DNA of 63,464 nt from an uncultured Gemmatimonadaceae bacterium (GCA_964416095.1 CAYQCY010000001.1:7064-70527); one strand, 5' to 3'; counted from the first letter of the stretch, positions 49,331 through 58,617 are shown. Numbers and translations are program-made. The notes: generated by a model not told the origin, from the sequence alone.

Positions 49331-49390
49331 ATTTGGCGCGCCCCGCCATGGACACGCCCGGCGGGTGAGCCACGAGCAACAACGGGGACC

Positions 49391-50437
49391 ATGCTGGTTG
49401 TCATGCATCACGAGGCGGCGGACGCCGACATCCGCCGCGTGATCCACACCATCGAGGAGCTGGGGTACGAGGCGCGACCCATTCCGGGCAAGCAGCGAAC
49501 GGCCATCGGTCTCATCGGGAACGATGGCAAGGTGGACAGTGGACGGCTGGAAGCGCTGCCCGGTGTGATCCGCATCATTCACGTCACGCAGCCCTACAAG
49601 CAGGTTTCCCGGGAGTGGCGGCCCGAGCCCACCATCATCGAGCTGGGCAACGGAACCAGGATCGGCAGCACCGACGTGGTGCTCATGGCGGGACCCTGCG
49701 CGGTGGAGTCCGAGGCGCAGATCATGGAGAGCGCCCACCGGCTGCGGGAGCTGGGCGCGACCGTGCTCCGTGGAGGCGCGTTCAAGCCCCGCACCTCGCC
49801 GTACTCGTTCCAGGGGCTGGGCGTCCACGGGCTCCGGCTCCTGGCCCGGGCCCGGGACGAGACCGGCCTGGCCATCGTGACGGAAGCCCTCGAGCCCGAG
49901 ACCGTGGATGTCGTTGCGGAGCACGCCGACATCATCCAGGTCGGCGCCCGCAACATGCAGAACTACCCGCTGCTGCGCCGGGCGGGGCGGAGTGGCAAGC
50001 CGATCCTGCTCAAGCGGGGGATGGCGGCGACCATCAAGGAGCTGCTCCTCAGCGCAGAGTACGTCCTGGCCGAGGGGAACGGCAGCGTCATCCTCTGCGA
50101 GCGGGGCGTCCGCAGCTTCGACCACCACACCCGCAACCTGCTGGACCTCACGGCGATCCCGGTGGTCAAGTCCCTGTCGCACCTGCCCATCATCGCCGAT
50201 CCGAGCCACGGCACCGGGCTCCGCTCCAAGGTCGCGCCCATGGCTCGGGCCGCCGTGGCAGCGGGCGCCGACGGGCTCATGGTGGAGGTGCACCCGGACC
50301 CGGACCATGCCCTCTCCGACGGCGCCCAATCGCTCCGCTTCGATCAGTTCGAAGAGCTCGTGGGCCAGGTCGGCGTCATCGCCCACGCCATCGACCGCCA
50401 GCTCGCGCCCGCCCTGGGCACCGCGGTACCCCGCTGA
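49391..50437 (+). CDS. aroF: 3-deoxy-7-phosphoheptulonate synthase (type I-beta, N-terminal regulatory domain)
   Basis: AGPCAVES, GGAFKPRTSPYSFQG, QVGARNMQN, ERGVR, DPSHGTG, EVHP. Confidence 0.95.
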   Translation: MLVVMHHEAADADIRRVIHTIEELGYEARPIPGKQRTAIGLIGNDGKVDSGRLEALPGVIRIIHVTQPYKQVSREWRPEPTIIELGNGTRIGSTDVVLMAGPCAVESEAQIMESAHRLRELGATVLRGGAFKPRTSPYSFQGLGVHGLRLLARARDETGLAIVTEALEPETVDVVAEHADIIQVGARNMQNYPLLRRAGRSGKPILLKRGMAATIKELLLSAEYVLAEGNGSVILCERGVRSFDHHTRNLLDLTAIPVVKSLSHLPIIADPSHGTGLRSKVAPMARAAVAAGADGLMVEVHPDPDHALSDGAQSLRFDQFEELVGQVGVIAHAIDRQLAPALGTAVPR

Positions 50438-50527
50438 CGAACCGGCCTGCCCATCCACGCCCCATCCCGCCATGGCCATGCCCCCCGGTCGGGGCCAGCG
50501 TCCGGCAACGAGACGAGGGAGGGCGGC

Positions 50528-50893
50528 ATGGCGGATCCGCACCGGCTGGGACGACGCGGCGAAGCGCTGGCATCGCACCACCTCGAGCAGGACGGCTGGC
50601 ACATCACGCACCGCAACTACCGGGCGGGACGGAGAGAGATCGACCTGGTGGCACGGCGGGGTCGCCTCGTCGCCTTCGTGGAAGTCAAGACACGGGCCGG
50701 CCCGGACTTCGGCGACCCGCTGGAGGCGGTGACCAGGCTGAAGCGTCGCGAGATCGCCCGGGTGGCCCGGGACTGGATCGCGCGGCACGGCCGGCCCGGC
50801 GACCGCTACCGATTCGACGCCGTGGCCGTGGTCTGGCCGGCGGGGAAGGCGCCCCAGGTCCGCCACGTGGAAGATGCGTGGCGCCTGGACTGA
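50528..50893 (+). CDS. yraN: YraN family protein (PD-(D/E)XK fold)
   Basis: LGRRGE, RNYR, EIDLVA, FVEVKTR, RFDAVAV. Confidence 0.93.
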   Translation: MADPHRLGRRGEALASHHLEQDGWHITHRNYRAGRREIDLVARRGRLVAFVEVKTRAGPDFGDPLEAVTRLKRREIARVARDWIARHGRPGDRYRFDAVAVVWPAGKAPQVRHVEDAWRLD

Positions 50894-50895
50894 CC

Positions 50896-51135
50896 TCAGC
50901 TCCGGCCGTCGCCCCCGTCCGTGGCATCCTCCACCAGCATCTCGCCGACCCGCGCCATGCCCCGACCCCGCTCCACCAGCACCTTGCCCAGCCGGGCGAG
51001 GACCGGCGCAGGCACCTCCTCGGGTCGCTCGCGGAACGCCGCCACGGCGCCGGGCTCGATGCCCAGAGCCATGGCGAGCTCTTCTTCCGTACCGAGGAAC
51101 AGCTCCGTCGCCCCCTTGAAGTCCAGACCCATCAT
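50896..51135 (-). CDS. Small hypothetical protein (possible HTH-like)
   Basis: 79-aa ORF with GGAGGG RBS; EEELAMALGIEP helix-turn-helix-like pattern. Confidence 0.6.
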   Translation of the reverse strand: MMGLDFKGATELFLGTEEELAMALGIEPGAVAAFRERPEEVPAPVLARLGKVLVERGRGMARVGEMLVEDATDGGDGRS

Positions 51136-51142
51136 CCCTCCG

Positions 51143-51471
51143 TCAGCTCGCGTGACGCCTGTGCTCGACCATCAAGCACCGGTCCTGCACCACCGGGATC
51201 CCGGCCTCGGCCAGCGTCCGGGCCGCGGCATCGTTCCGGATGCCGAGGAGCGGTAGACCGGCTCGCCGAGGATCTCCATCACCTCGGGGTAGTAGACCGG
51301 GACGGGCACGACCTCGAGGCCCGAACGCTGCAGGTACCGGGGTACGTAGAACGCCGCCCTGGCCCGACGACTCTCCGGCTTGATCCCCAGCACGGCCACG
51401 CGCCGGACGCGCCGGACCAGCGCCCGGATGTCAGGCTCGTCCTCCACCAGCAGTGCCTGCCACCGCTCCAT
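51143..51471 (-). pseudogene. CoA-binding protein (YccU-like) with internal deletion and frameshift
   Basis: N-half VAVLGIKP...YVPRYLQ..G..VVPV...ILGEPVYRS in one frame; C-terminal LGIRNDAAARTLAEAGIPVVQDRCLMVEH in another; middle segment absent; junction at 51247/51248. Confidence 0.85.
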
Positions 51472-51494
51472 GATCGCTCCCCGTTGCGCCGGGC

Positions 51495-51524
51495 TTGACC
51501 CTCCGGCGATGCCACCGTTACATT
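51495..51524 (+). promoter_or_regulatory. Promoter of SRP RNA
   Basis: TTGACC-18 bp-TACATT, about 6 bp before the 5' stem. Confidence 0.6.
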
Positions 51525-51530
51525 TCGAGA

Positions 51531-51629
51531 GCGCCCCAGGCCCGTAGGGCGCGAGCGCACGAATCCCGTCAGGACCCCGCAGGTAGCAGCGGTAAGTGAC
51601 GCGGACGTCGCTACGATCGCCTGGGGCGC
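51531..51629 (+). ncRNA. ffs: Small bacterial signal recognition particle RNA (4.5S)
   Basis: Terminal stem GCGCCCCAGG/CCTGGGGCGC; helix-8 symmetric loop CAGG...AGCA flanked by CCGT/GCGG; conserved position upstream of dnaX. Confidence 0.88.
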
Positions 51630-51722
51630 CTCTTTTCTTTGTCCTTGCGGTACGGCCCCGCGCTTGCCGGTGGCCGCGCCATTCCGTAACCTCCAAATCT
51701 CGCCCGATCTCGCAAGGATCCC

Positions 51723-53381
51723 ATGAGCCGCACGGCCCTCGCCCGGCAATACCGGCCCCGCCGGTTCAGCGAAATGGCGACGCAGGAGCACGTCTCCGAG
51801 ACGCTCCGCACCGCCGTCCTCCGGGACCGCGTCGCCCACGCCTACCTGTTCACCGGACCCCGGGGCGTCGGCAAGACCACGGCGGCCCGCATCCTCGCCA
51901 TGGCCCTGAACTGTCCGAACCGGCCCGGGCCCGGACGGGAGGATGCCGATCCGCCACCGGGCGAGCCCTGCGGGACCTGTGAGTCGTGCGAGCGGATCTG
52001 GGCGGGGCGCACCTCGCTGGACGTGGTGGAGATCGACGCGGCCTCCAACCGCGGCGTGGACGACGCCCGGGAGCTCCGGGAACGGGCCATGTACGCCCCC
52101 ACGGAGGAAGACCGGTTCAAGGTCTACATCATCGACGAGGCCCACATGCTGACCCGGGAGGCGTGGAACGCCCTCCTCAAGATCCTGGAGGAGCCGCCGC
52201 CCCGGGTCATCTTCGTCTTCGCCACGACGGAGCCGCAGAAGATCCAGCAGGCGGCGCCGCCGATTCTGTCCCGTTGTCAGCGCTTCGATTTCCGGCGCAT
52301 CGGCGTGCCCGCCATCGTGAAGCGCCTGGGCCAGGTCCTGGCGGAAGAGGGCGTGGAGGCGGACGAGGACGCCCTGGTCCTCCTCGCCCGTCGTGCCGAA
52401 GGCGGCATGCGTGATGCCCTCTCGTTCCTGGACCAGGTGCTCTCCTTCGCGGGGAGCAGCATCACGGTGGACGATGTCCGCCAGGTGCTCGGCCTCGTCG
52501 GGGAGGACGTCTACCTGGAGCTCTTCGACATCCTCGCGGAGCGCCGTGTCGCGGATGTGTTCCGTTACGTCCAGGGGCTCCTGGACGAGGGCTACGACCT
52601 GGCCGAGTTCTACCGGGGCCTGTCCGACGTGCTCCGCGCCATGCTGATCGCCCGGACCGACGGGCCGGACGCGGCGGACCTGCGCTCGGACCTGCGGGCC
52701 GCGTTCGCGGAGCGTGCCGAGCGCTTCCCCAGAGGCGACCTCCTGCGCATGGTCGCCCAGGTGGCCGAGCTGGACGCCGAGGGCCGGTTCCGGAAGAGCA
52801 ACAACCCCCGGGTCATGCTGGAGGCCATGCTCCTTCGCTTCGCTCACCTGCCGAACACGGTGGAGCTGGAGGAGCTGATCCGGGCCGCCGGCGGTGCGCC
52901 GGCCGCGCCGCCGGTCGCTCGGGCACCCGAGCCGAGCGCTCCGGCCGCGTCTCCCGACGCCGAAAAAGACGAAGACGAAGACGAGCACGAGCACCAGGCC
53001 TCGGACGCTGCGCCGGACACGGCCGCGGAGGCGCTTCGTGGCCTGATCGGGTCCGGCGCCCTGCCACCGGGACTGGGCCTGTTCTTCCGTGCGGCGCGGA
53101 TCACGGGGGAGGATGAGACGCGTGCCGTCGTGGAGGTGCCCCCGGGCCCGGCGCTGGAGAAGCTGACGGAAGCGCCGGCGACGGATCTGAGGGCACTGGA
53201 GTCGGCGGTGGCCGAGCGTCTGGGCCGTCCGGTCGAGCTCGAGGTCCGGGCGCTCGGGGCGGAGGAGCCGGAGCGCATCACGCACGAGACGGTGAAGAAC
53301 GACCGTCTGGCGCGGATTTCCCGGGAGGAACCCGCCCTGGGCAAGGCGGTAGAAGAGTGGGACCTCGAGATCATCGAATAG
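51723..53381 (+). CDS. dnaX: DNA polymerase III subunit gamma/tau
   Basis: LARQYRP, GPRGVGKTT, Zn cysteines, EIDAASNRGVD, IIDEAHML, SRCQRF. Confidence 0.97.
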   Translation: MSRTALARQYRPRRFSEMATQEHVSETLRTAVLRDRVAHAYLFTGPRGVGKTTAARILAMALNCPNRPGPGREDADPPPGEPCGTCESCERIWAGRTSLDVVEIDAASNRGVDDARELRERAMYAPTEEDRFKVYIIDEAHMLTREAWNALLKILEEPPPRVIFVFATTEPQKIQQAAPPILSRCQRFDFRRIGVPAIVKRLGQVLAEEGVEADEDALVLLARRAEGGMRDALSFLDQVLSFAGSSITVDDVRQVLGLVGEDVYLELFDILAERRVADVFRYVQGLLDEGYDLAEFYRGLSDVLRAMLIARTDGPDAADLRSDLRAAFAERAERFPRGDLLRMVAQVAELDAEGRFRKSNNPRVMLEAMLLRFAHLPNTVELEELIRAAGGAPAAPPVARAPEPSAPAASPDAEKDEDEDEHEHQASDAAPDTAAEALRGLIGSGALPPGLGLFFRAARITGEDETRAVVEVPPGPALEKLTEAPATDLRALESAVAERLGRPVELEVRALGAEEPERITHETVKNDRLARISREEPALGKAVEEWDLEIIE

Positions 53382-53407
53382 GGCGCGGTCGATGCCGGCG
53401 CGGGCGC

Positions 53408-53437
53408 TTGCGTGCCCGTTCGCGCCCGGCCTATCTT
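53408..53437 (+). promoter_or_regulatory. Candidate promoter upstream of ybaB
   Basis: TTGCGT-18 bp-TATCTT. Confidence 0.4.
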
Positions 53438-53467
53438 GACGCCGCGCGAAGCCGAGGACGCGAATTC

Positions 53468-53788
53468 ATGACAGATTTTCAGCAGATCCTGCAGATGGGC
53501 CAGAAGATGCAGGCCCGTCTCGCCGAGATCCAGACCGAGCTGAAGGACCGCACGGTCACCTCGACCAGCGGTGGTGGCATGGTCGCCGTCACCGCCGATG
53601 GCCAGGGTCGGGTCCGTGAGATCCGCATCGATCCGACCGTCGTCGACCCGGACGACGTCGAGATGCTCGAAGACCTCGTGATCGCCGCCGTCTCCGAGGC
53701 GCAGCAGCGCGCCCGGGAGGTCTACGAGGAGGAGATGAGCAAGATGACGGGCGGCATGAATCTGCCCTTCCCGCCGAATCTCTTCTGA
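53468..53788 (+). CDS. ybaB: YbaB/EbfC nucleoid-associated protein
   Basis: MQARL..Q, SGGGMV.V, DVEMLEDLVIAAV; between dnaX and recR. Confidence 0.95.
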   Translation: MTDFQQILQMGQKMQARLAEIQTELKDRTVTSTSGGGMVAVTADGQGRVREIRIDPTVVDPDDVEMLEDLVIAAVSEAQQRAREVYEEEMSKMTGGMNLPFPPNLF

Positions 53789-53797
53789 TCCGCCTGG

Positions 53798-54406
53798 ATG
53801 GGAGCGATCGAGGATCTCACCGCCGAATTCTCCCGGCTGCCGGGTATCGGCCGGAAAACCGCGCTTCGCCTGACGTATCATCTGCTGAAGCGTCCGTCGG
53901 AGGAGACGCGTCAGCTCGCGCGTGCGCTGGACGCCGTGGCCGAGCGGGTCAAGGCGTGCTCCCGGTGCGGCAACCTGACGGAAGCCGACCCGTGCGACAT
54001 CTGTACGGACCCGCGCCGTGACCGGCGAGTGATCTGTGTGGTGGAGGAGGCGGCGGACATCGGCGCCATCGAGCGGAGCGGCGAGTACCGGGGCCTCTAT
54101 CACGTGCTGGGCGGGCGCCTGTCGCCGCTGGAGGGGATCGGCCCGGAGGAGCTCAACATCGATGCCCTGGTCCGCCGGCTGGAGGGAGAAGACCGGGCGG
54201 AGGACGAGCCACGGGTGGAAGAGCTGATCCTGGCCACCAACCCGAGCGTGGAAGGTGAGGCGACGGCACTGTATCTTCAGAAGTTGTGCCGGCCGCGTGG
54301 CGTGTGCGTGACGCGTCTCGCTCGAGGCCTGCCGGTGGGCGGGGACCTGGAGTACGCGGACGGAGTGACCATCGCGGAAGCACTTGCGGGTCGAAGGGAG
54401 GCGTAG
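53798..54406 (+). CDS. recR: Recombination mediator RecR
   Basis: LPGIGRKTA.RL, C4 zinc finger, YHVLGG.LSPL.GIGP, ATNPSVEGEATA, GLPVGGDLEYAD. Confidence 0.98.
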   Translation: MGAIEDLTAEFSRLPGIGRKTALRLTYHLLKRPSEETRQLARALDAVAERVKACSRCGNLTEADPCDICTDPRRDRRVICVVEEAADIGAIERSGEYRGLYHVLGGRLSPLEGIGPEELNIDALVRRLEGEDRAEDEPRVEELILATNPSVEGEATALYLQKLCRPRGVCVTRLARGLPVGGDLEYADGVTIAEALAGRREA

Positions 54407-54413
54407 GAGGCCG

Positions 54414-54731
54414 ATGCGTGGGAGCAAGATCCTCCGGACGGCGGGCGTCATCGCCCTGGCGGTGGGCGCTACGGCAGCCCTCGGGGTGCTGGTCGTCCGC
54501 GACCAGTTCAGCCGGCACCGCAGGGACCTGTTCAGCGCGCGACCGCTCAAGCGGATCGCGGCGCTGGGCTACCTGGCGGGCCGGGACCCGAGTGTGGAAT
54601 CGGTCCAGGTGCTGCGCGACTTCCTCTCCTGGGAGCCGCGTCCCTTCATCCGACGCCGAGCCGCCCAGATCCTCGCCCGCATGGAACGGTCGCTGGAGGC
54701 CCAGGCGCCGTCCGGGAAGCTGGCCGGATGA
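54414..54731 (+). CDS. Small hypothetical protein: N-terminal TM helix + HEAT-like helices
   Basis: AGGAGG RBS; hydrophobic AGVIALAVGATAALGVLVV; overlaps mglB start (ATGA). Confidence 0.7.
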   Translation: MRGSKILRTAGVIALAVGATAALGVLVVRDQFSRHRRDLFSARPLKRIAALGYLAGRDPSVESVQVLRDFLSWEPRPFIRRRAAQILARMERSLEAQAPSGKLAG

Positions 54732-55222
54732 GCCTGGGAGACGAGCTGCGTTCCTTGGAGGAGCCGGATCTGCGGCAGCTCAAGGACCTGCTGCGGTCGT
54801 TCGTGTCCGAGGCGAGCGCGCAGTGCGCGTTCGTGCTGGACCGCACGGGCCGGTTGCTGACCTCGGTGGGCCAGTCCCCGGAGTTCGACGAGACCACCTT
54901 CGCCTCCCTGGCCGCGGCGGACTTCGCCGCCAGCGACCAGCTGGCCGGACTCCTCGGTGAGCGGGAGTTCACCGCTCTCTACCATCAGGGCGAGACCGGC
55001 TCCATGTACCTGTCGGACGTGGCCGGCCACGCCATTCTGGCCGCGGTCTTCGACCACCGCACGACGCTCGGCATGGTCAAGCTGAAGACCCGGAGCGTGG
55101 TGCCGAAGGTCGTAGCGCTGTTCGACGAGCTCGCGGGTCGAGCGCCGTCCAAGGAGTCGGGGCTGGATGCCGGCTGGATGGATGACGCGTCGGATCAGAT
55201 CGACCGCCTGTTCACCGGCTGA
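54728..55222 (+). CDS. mglB: Roadblock/LC7 domain protein, MglB-type GAP
   Basis: FVLDRTGRLL, FASL, LLGEREF..LYHQG, FDHRTTLGMV, C-terminal DQIDRLF helix; directly upstream of mglA. Confidence 0.9.
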   Translation: MSLGDELRSLEEPDLRQLKDLLRSFVSEASAQCAFVLDRTGRLLTSVGQSPEFDETTFASLAAADFAASDQLAGLLGEREFTALYHQGETGSMYLSDVAGHAILAAVFDHRTTLGMVKLKTRSVVPKVVALFDELAGRAPSKESGLDAGWMDDASDQIDRLFTG

Positions 55223-55234
55223 CGGAGGCGGCGC

Positions 55235-55813
55235 ATGTCGATGATCAACTACGCGTCCCGGGAGATCAACTGCAAGATCGTCTACTACGGGCCCGGTCTC
55301 TGCGGCAAGACCACGAACCTGGAGTACGTCTACAACAAGGTGAACCCGGAGACCCGGGGCAAGATGATCTCGCTGGCGACGGAGAACGAGCGCACGCTCT
55401 TCTTCGATTTCCTGCCCGTGGACCTGGGCGCCATCCGCGGCTTCAAGACGCGCTTCCACCTGTACACGGTCCCCGGACAGGTGTACTACAACGCCAGTCG
55501 GCGGCTGATCCTGAAGGGCGTGGACGGCATCGTCTTCGTGGCGGACTCCCAGGCGGAGCGCATGGACGCGAACATCGCGTCCATGCAGAACTTGTACGAG
55601 AACCTGGCCGAGTACGGGTACGACCCGCGCCAGCTGCCCATGGTGCTCCAGTACAACAAGCGTGACCTGCCGGACATCGTGGCGGTGGCGGAGCTGTCGG
55701 CGCAGTTGAATCCCGGCGGCCTGCAGGAGTTCGAGTCGGTGGCCACGGAAGGAGAGGGCGTGTTCGACACGCTCCGGGCGGTGAGCAAGCTGGTTCTCAA
55801 GTCGCTGAGCTGA
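55235..55813 (+). CDS. mglA: Small Ras-like GTPase MglA
   Basis: [50 protein letters not shown]; closely resembles Myxococcus MglA as recalled. Confidence 0.96.
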   Translation: MSMINYASREINCKIVYYGPGLCGKTTNLEYVYNKVNPETRGKMISLATENERTLFFDFLPVDLGAIRGFKTRFHLYTVPGQVYYNASRRLILKGVDGIVFVADSQAERMDANIASMQNLYENLAEYGYDPRQLPMVLQYNKRDLPDIVAVAELSAQLNPGGLQEFESVATEGEGVFDTLRAVSKLVLKSLS

Positions 55814-55816
55814 CCC

Positions 55817-56464
55817 ATGGCGGTGCTCCAGCGCAGCACCCTTCCCAACGCCATCACGGTGGGACGCATCCTCGCCGCGCCCGCCGTGTTTTTTTTGATC
55901 CTGGCCAGCGGGTACTGGCCGCGTCTCCTCTCCTTCCTTCTGTTCGTCGTGGCGGCGTTCTCCGATCTGTGGGACGGGTACCTGGCCCGGAAGCACGGCT
56001 GGATCTCCGATTTCGGCAAGCTCGCCGATCCCATCGCTGACAAGCTGCTCCTCGTGGCGACGTTCGTGCCATTCTACATCATCTCCCACGGAGCCGGGCC
56101 CGCGGTGGGGCTACCCATCTGGGGGACGCTTCCCCTCTGGGTGCTCGTGGTGGTGCTGGGCAGGGAGGTGCTCGTCACGGTCATGCGGGTGTTCGCCGTC
56201 CGGCGTGGCGTCGTCGTGCCGGCGGGCCAGGCCGGCAAGTACAAGGCGGTGGTCCAGAACATCTTCATCGGCTCGGCGCTCCTCTGGTACGCCCTCCAGT
56301 CCCGTGCCCTGGACCGGGGCTGGTCCGGCGCGCTGTGGGACGCGTGGCAGGCGTTTCATGGCGTCGTGCTCGCCGTGGCGCTCGGCGTGGCCGTGCTCCT
56401 CACCGTCTACTCCCTCGTCGTGTACCTCCGGGGCTGGCACGAGATGACCCGGAGGCCCGCTTGA
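55817..56464 (+). CDS. pgsA: CDP-diacylglycerol--glycerol-3-phosphate 3-phosphatidyltransferase
   Basis: PNAITVGR, SDLWDGYLARK...ISDFGKLADPIADK signature. Confidence 0.9.
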   Translation: MAVLQRSTLPNAITVGRILAAPAVFFLILASGYWPRLLSFLLFVVAAFSDLWDGYLARKHGWISDFGKLADPIADKLLLVATFVPFYIISHGAGPAVGLPIWGTLPLWVLVVVLGREVLVTVMRVFAVRRGVVVPAGQAGKYKAVVQNIFIGSALLWYALQSRALDRGWSGALWDAWQAFHGVVLAVALGVAVLLTVYSLVVYLRGWHEMTRRPA

Positions 56465-57711
56465 CCGTCGAGCTGGTCGCCATCGGGACGGAGCTGCTCC
56501 TCGGCGAGACGGTGGACACGAACGGGGCGTGGCTGGCCCGGCGGCTCGCGGCGGCCGGGGTCTCCGTGGCGCGGCGGACCGCGGTGCCCGACCGGGAAGC
56601 GGACATCGCCGATGCCGTCGAGGCGGCGCTCCGGCGGACCGGCGGCGTGCTGTGTACGGGCGGGCTCGGACCCACGCCCGACGACCTGACGAAGCCGGTC
56701 GTGGCGCGTCTGTTCGGTCGGGCGCTGCACAGGGACGACGCCGTGCTTGCCGCCATCGAGGAGCGGTTCCGTCAGCGCGGCATGGTCATGGCCGAACGGA
56801 ACAGGGCTCAGGCCGACGTGCCGGAAGGAGCCGGCGTCCTGCACAACGAGCGGGGCACGGCGCCGGGTCTGTGGCTGGAGGACGAGCGCGGCTTCGCCGT
56901 GGTGCTGCCGGGCGTTCCCCAAGAGATGCGGGCGCTCTTCGACGGCCAGGTCCTGCCCCGGTTGGAAGCCCGCTGGCCGGACCGGGTGCCTCTCGCCTGG
57001 CGTACGATCCGGACCACGGGGATCGCCGAGTCGGCGGTGGCCGAAGCGCTCCACGGGCTGGAGGCGCAGATCGAGCCCCTCGCCCTCGCCTTCCTGCCCT
57101 CGTTCGAGGGGACGGACATCCGCCTCACGGGCCCGGGGGACCCTCGAGACGAAGCGGTACGGGCAGCTTTCGACCGGGCCGAAGGCCTCGTCCGGGAGCG
57201 GTTGGGGGGCTACGTGTACGGTCTGGACGACACGGAGCTGACCGATGTCGTGGCCGAGCTCCTGGTCCAGCGCGGTGCGACCCTCGCCCTGGCGGAGAGC
57301 TGCACCGGCGGGCTCGTGGCCAAGCGTCTCACGGACCGTCCGGGCGCTTCTCGCTACCTGCGCGCCGGCGTGGTGGCCTACGCGGACGAGGCGAAGAGGG
57401 ACCTGCTGGAGGTGGACGAGCAGCTACTGGCGGGGCACGGCGCGGTGAGCGAGGCGGTGGCGCGGGCCATGGTGGGAGGAGCACGCCGGGTCGCCGGGAC
57501 GGACGCGGCCATCTCCATCACGGGCATCGCCGGCCCCAGCGGCGGCACCGCCGAGAAGCCCGTGGGCACCGTGTGGATCGGCGCGGCGCTGGACGACGAG
57601 GTCGAAGTGCGCCATGCCCGGTTCGGCGGAGACCGGGAGGAGATCCGTCGGCGGTCTGCGCAGGCTGCGCTCGCGCTGCTCTGGCAGCTTCTCCGGGAGG
57701 ACGGCCCGTGA
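56461..57711 (+). CDS. cinA: Competence/damage-inducible protein A (NMN deamidase + MocF-like)
   Basis: IGTELLLG, DTNG, TGGLGPTPDDLT, LPGVP, AESCTGG, GAVSE, ITGIAGP; TTG start. Confidence 0.95.
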   Translation: MTVELVAIGTELLLGETVDTNGAWLARRLAAAGVSVARRTAVPDREADIADAVEAALRRTGGVLCTGGLGPTPDDLTKPVVARLFGRALHRDDAVLAAIEERFRQRGMVMAERNRAQADVPEGAGVLHNERGTAPGLWLEDERGFAVVLPGVPQEMRALFDGQVLPRLEARWPDRVPLAWRTIRTTGIAESAVAEALHGLEAQIEPLALAFLPSFEGTDIRLTGPGDPRDEAVRAAFDRAEGLVRERLGGYVYGLDDTELTDVVAELLVQRGATLALAESCTGGLVAKRLTDRPGASRYLRAGVVAYADEAKRDLLEVDEQLLAGHGAVSEAVARAMVGGARRVAGTDAAISITGIAGPSGGTAEKPVGTVWIGAALDDEVEVRHARFGGDREEIRRRSAQAALALLWQLLREDGP

Positions 57712-58559
57712 CCACGGCCCATGGGTACTTCACAGGGGTCGGCCGGCTGCGGCTGCACTACCGGACCTGGGAGGTGGCCGACCCGGCCGCGGCGCTCCTC
57801 ACGGTGCACGGGCTGGGCGAGCACGGCGGCCGGTACGCCGAGCTTGCGGGCTGGCTGACGGGTCACCACATCTCGTCGTTCGCCGTGGACGTGCGCGGTC
57901 ACGGCCATTCGGAGGGGCGTCGCGGCCACGTACGGCGGTTCGACATCCTGCTCCAGGACCTGGACCGGTTCCGCAGGGAGGTCCGGGGGCTCGTGGACCC
58001 GGGGCTGCCCCTGTTCTTCCTGGGCCACTCCATGGGCGGGCTCATCGTGCTGCGGTACCTGGAAGAGTACGAGGCCCGGTGCCAGGGCGCCGTCCTCAGC
58101 TCGCCCTGGCTGGGCACGGCCATGCCGACGCCGCGGTGGAAGATCACGGTGGGCGGACTCCTCGACCGGGTAATGCCCGCCTTTCCCCTCAAGACGGGCC
58201 TGCCCCCCGACGACCTGTCCCACGACCCGGCCGTGGTCCAGGCCTACCGCGAGGACCCCCTCGTGCACGACCGCATCACGCCCCGGCTTTACCTCGAGAT
58301 GTCCACCGCCATGGGCCAGGCCACCCAGCGCAGCGACCGGCTGACGGTGCCACTCCTGTTCCTGCTGGCGGGAGAAGACCGCCTCGTGGATACCGCCAAG
58401 AGCCGGTCGTTCGCCTCCTCCCTGGAGGGGGATGTCCAGGTCGAGGTCGTGGAGGGGGCGTATCACGAGGTGCTGGGCGAAACGGATCGGACGGTCACCT
58501 TCGGCCTGCTCAAGGACTGGATCCTGAGCCGGGCGGACGCCCCTGCCGAATCGGCATGA
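57708..58559 (+). CDS. Lysophospholipase / monoglyceride lipase (alpha/beta hydrolase)
   Basis: VHGLGEHGGRY, DVRGHG.S.GRRG, GHSMGG, YHE. Confidence 0.9.
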   Translation: MTTAHGYFTGVGRLRLHYRTWEVADPAAALLTVHGLGEHGGRYAELAGWLTGHHISSFAVDVRGHGHSEGRRGHVRRFDILLQDLDRFRREVRGLVDPGLPLFFLGHSMGGLIVLRYLEEYEARCQGAVLSSPWLGTAMPTPRWKITVGGLLDRVMPAFPLKTGLPPDDLSHDPAVVQAYREDPLVHDRITPRLYLEMSTAMGQATQRSDRLTVPLLFLLAGEDRLVDTAKSRSFASSLEGDVQVEVVEGAYHEVLGETDRTVTFGLLKDWILSRADAPAESA

Positions 58560-58617
58560 TGGCGTGGTATCCGTATTGCACGCAGAATCAACGGATGCAT
58601 CGTAGACGTGGAACCCG

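Noticed and set aside
52961-52970. dnaX programmed -1 frameshift site (gamma subunit)
   Set aside because: The sequence is GAAAAAG with five A, not the A-AAA-AAG heptamer, and it lies in a low-complexity acidic linker.
55889-55896. T8 homopolymer in pgsA as a phase-variation switch
   Set aside because: It is in frame (Val-Phe-Phe-Leu in a TM helix) within a normally essential gene, so it is explained by amino-acid content.
58560-58617. CIRCE operator upstream of grpE
   Set aside because: No TTAGCACTC-N9-GAGTGCTAA-like inverted repeat is present.
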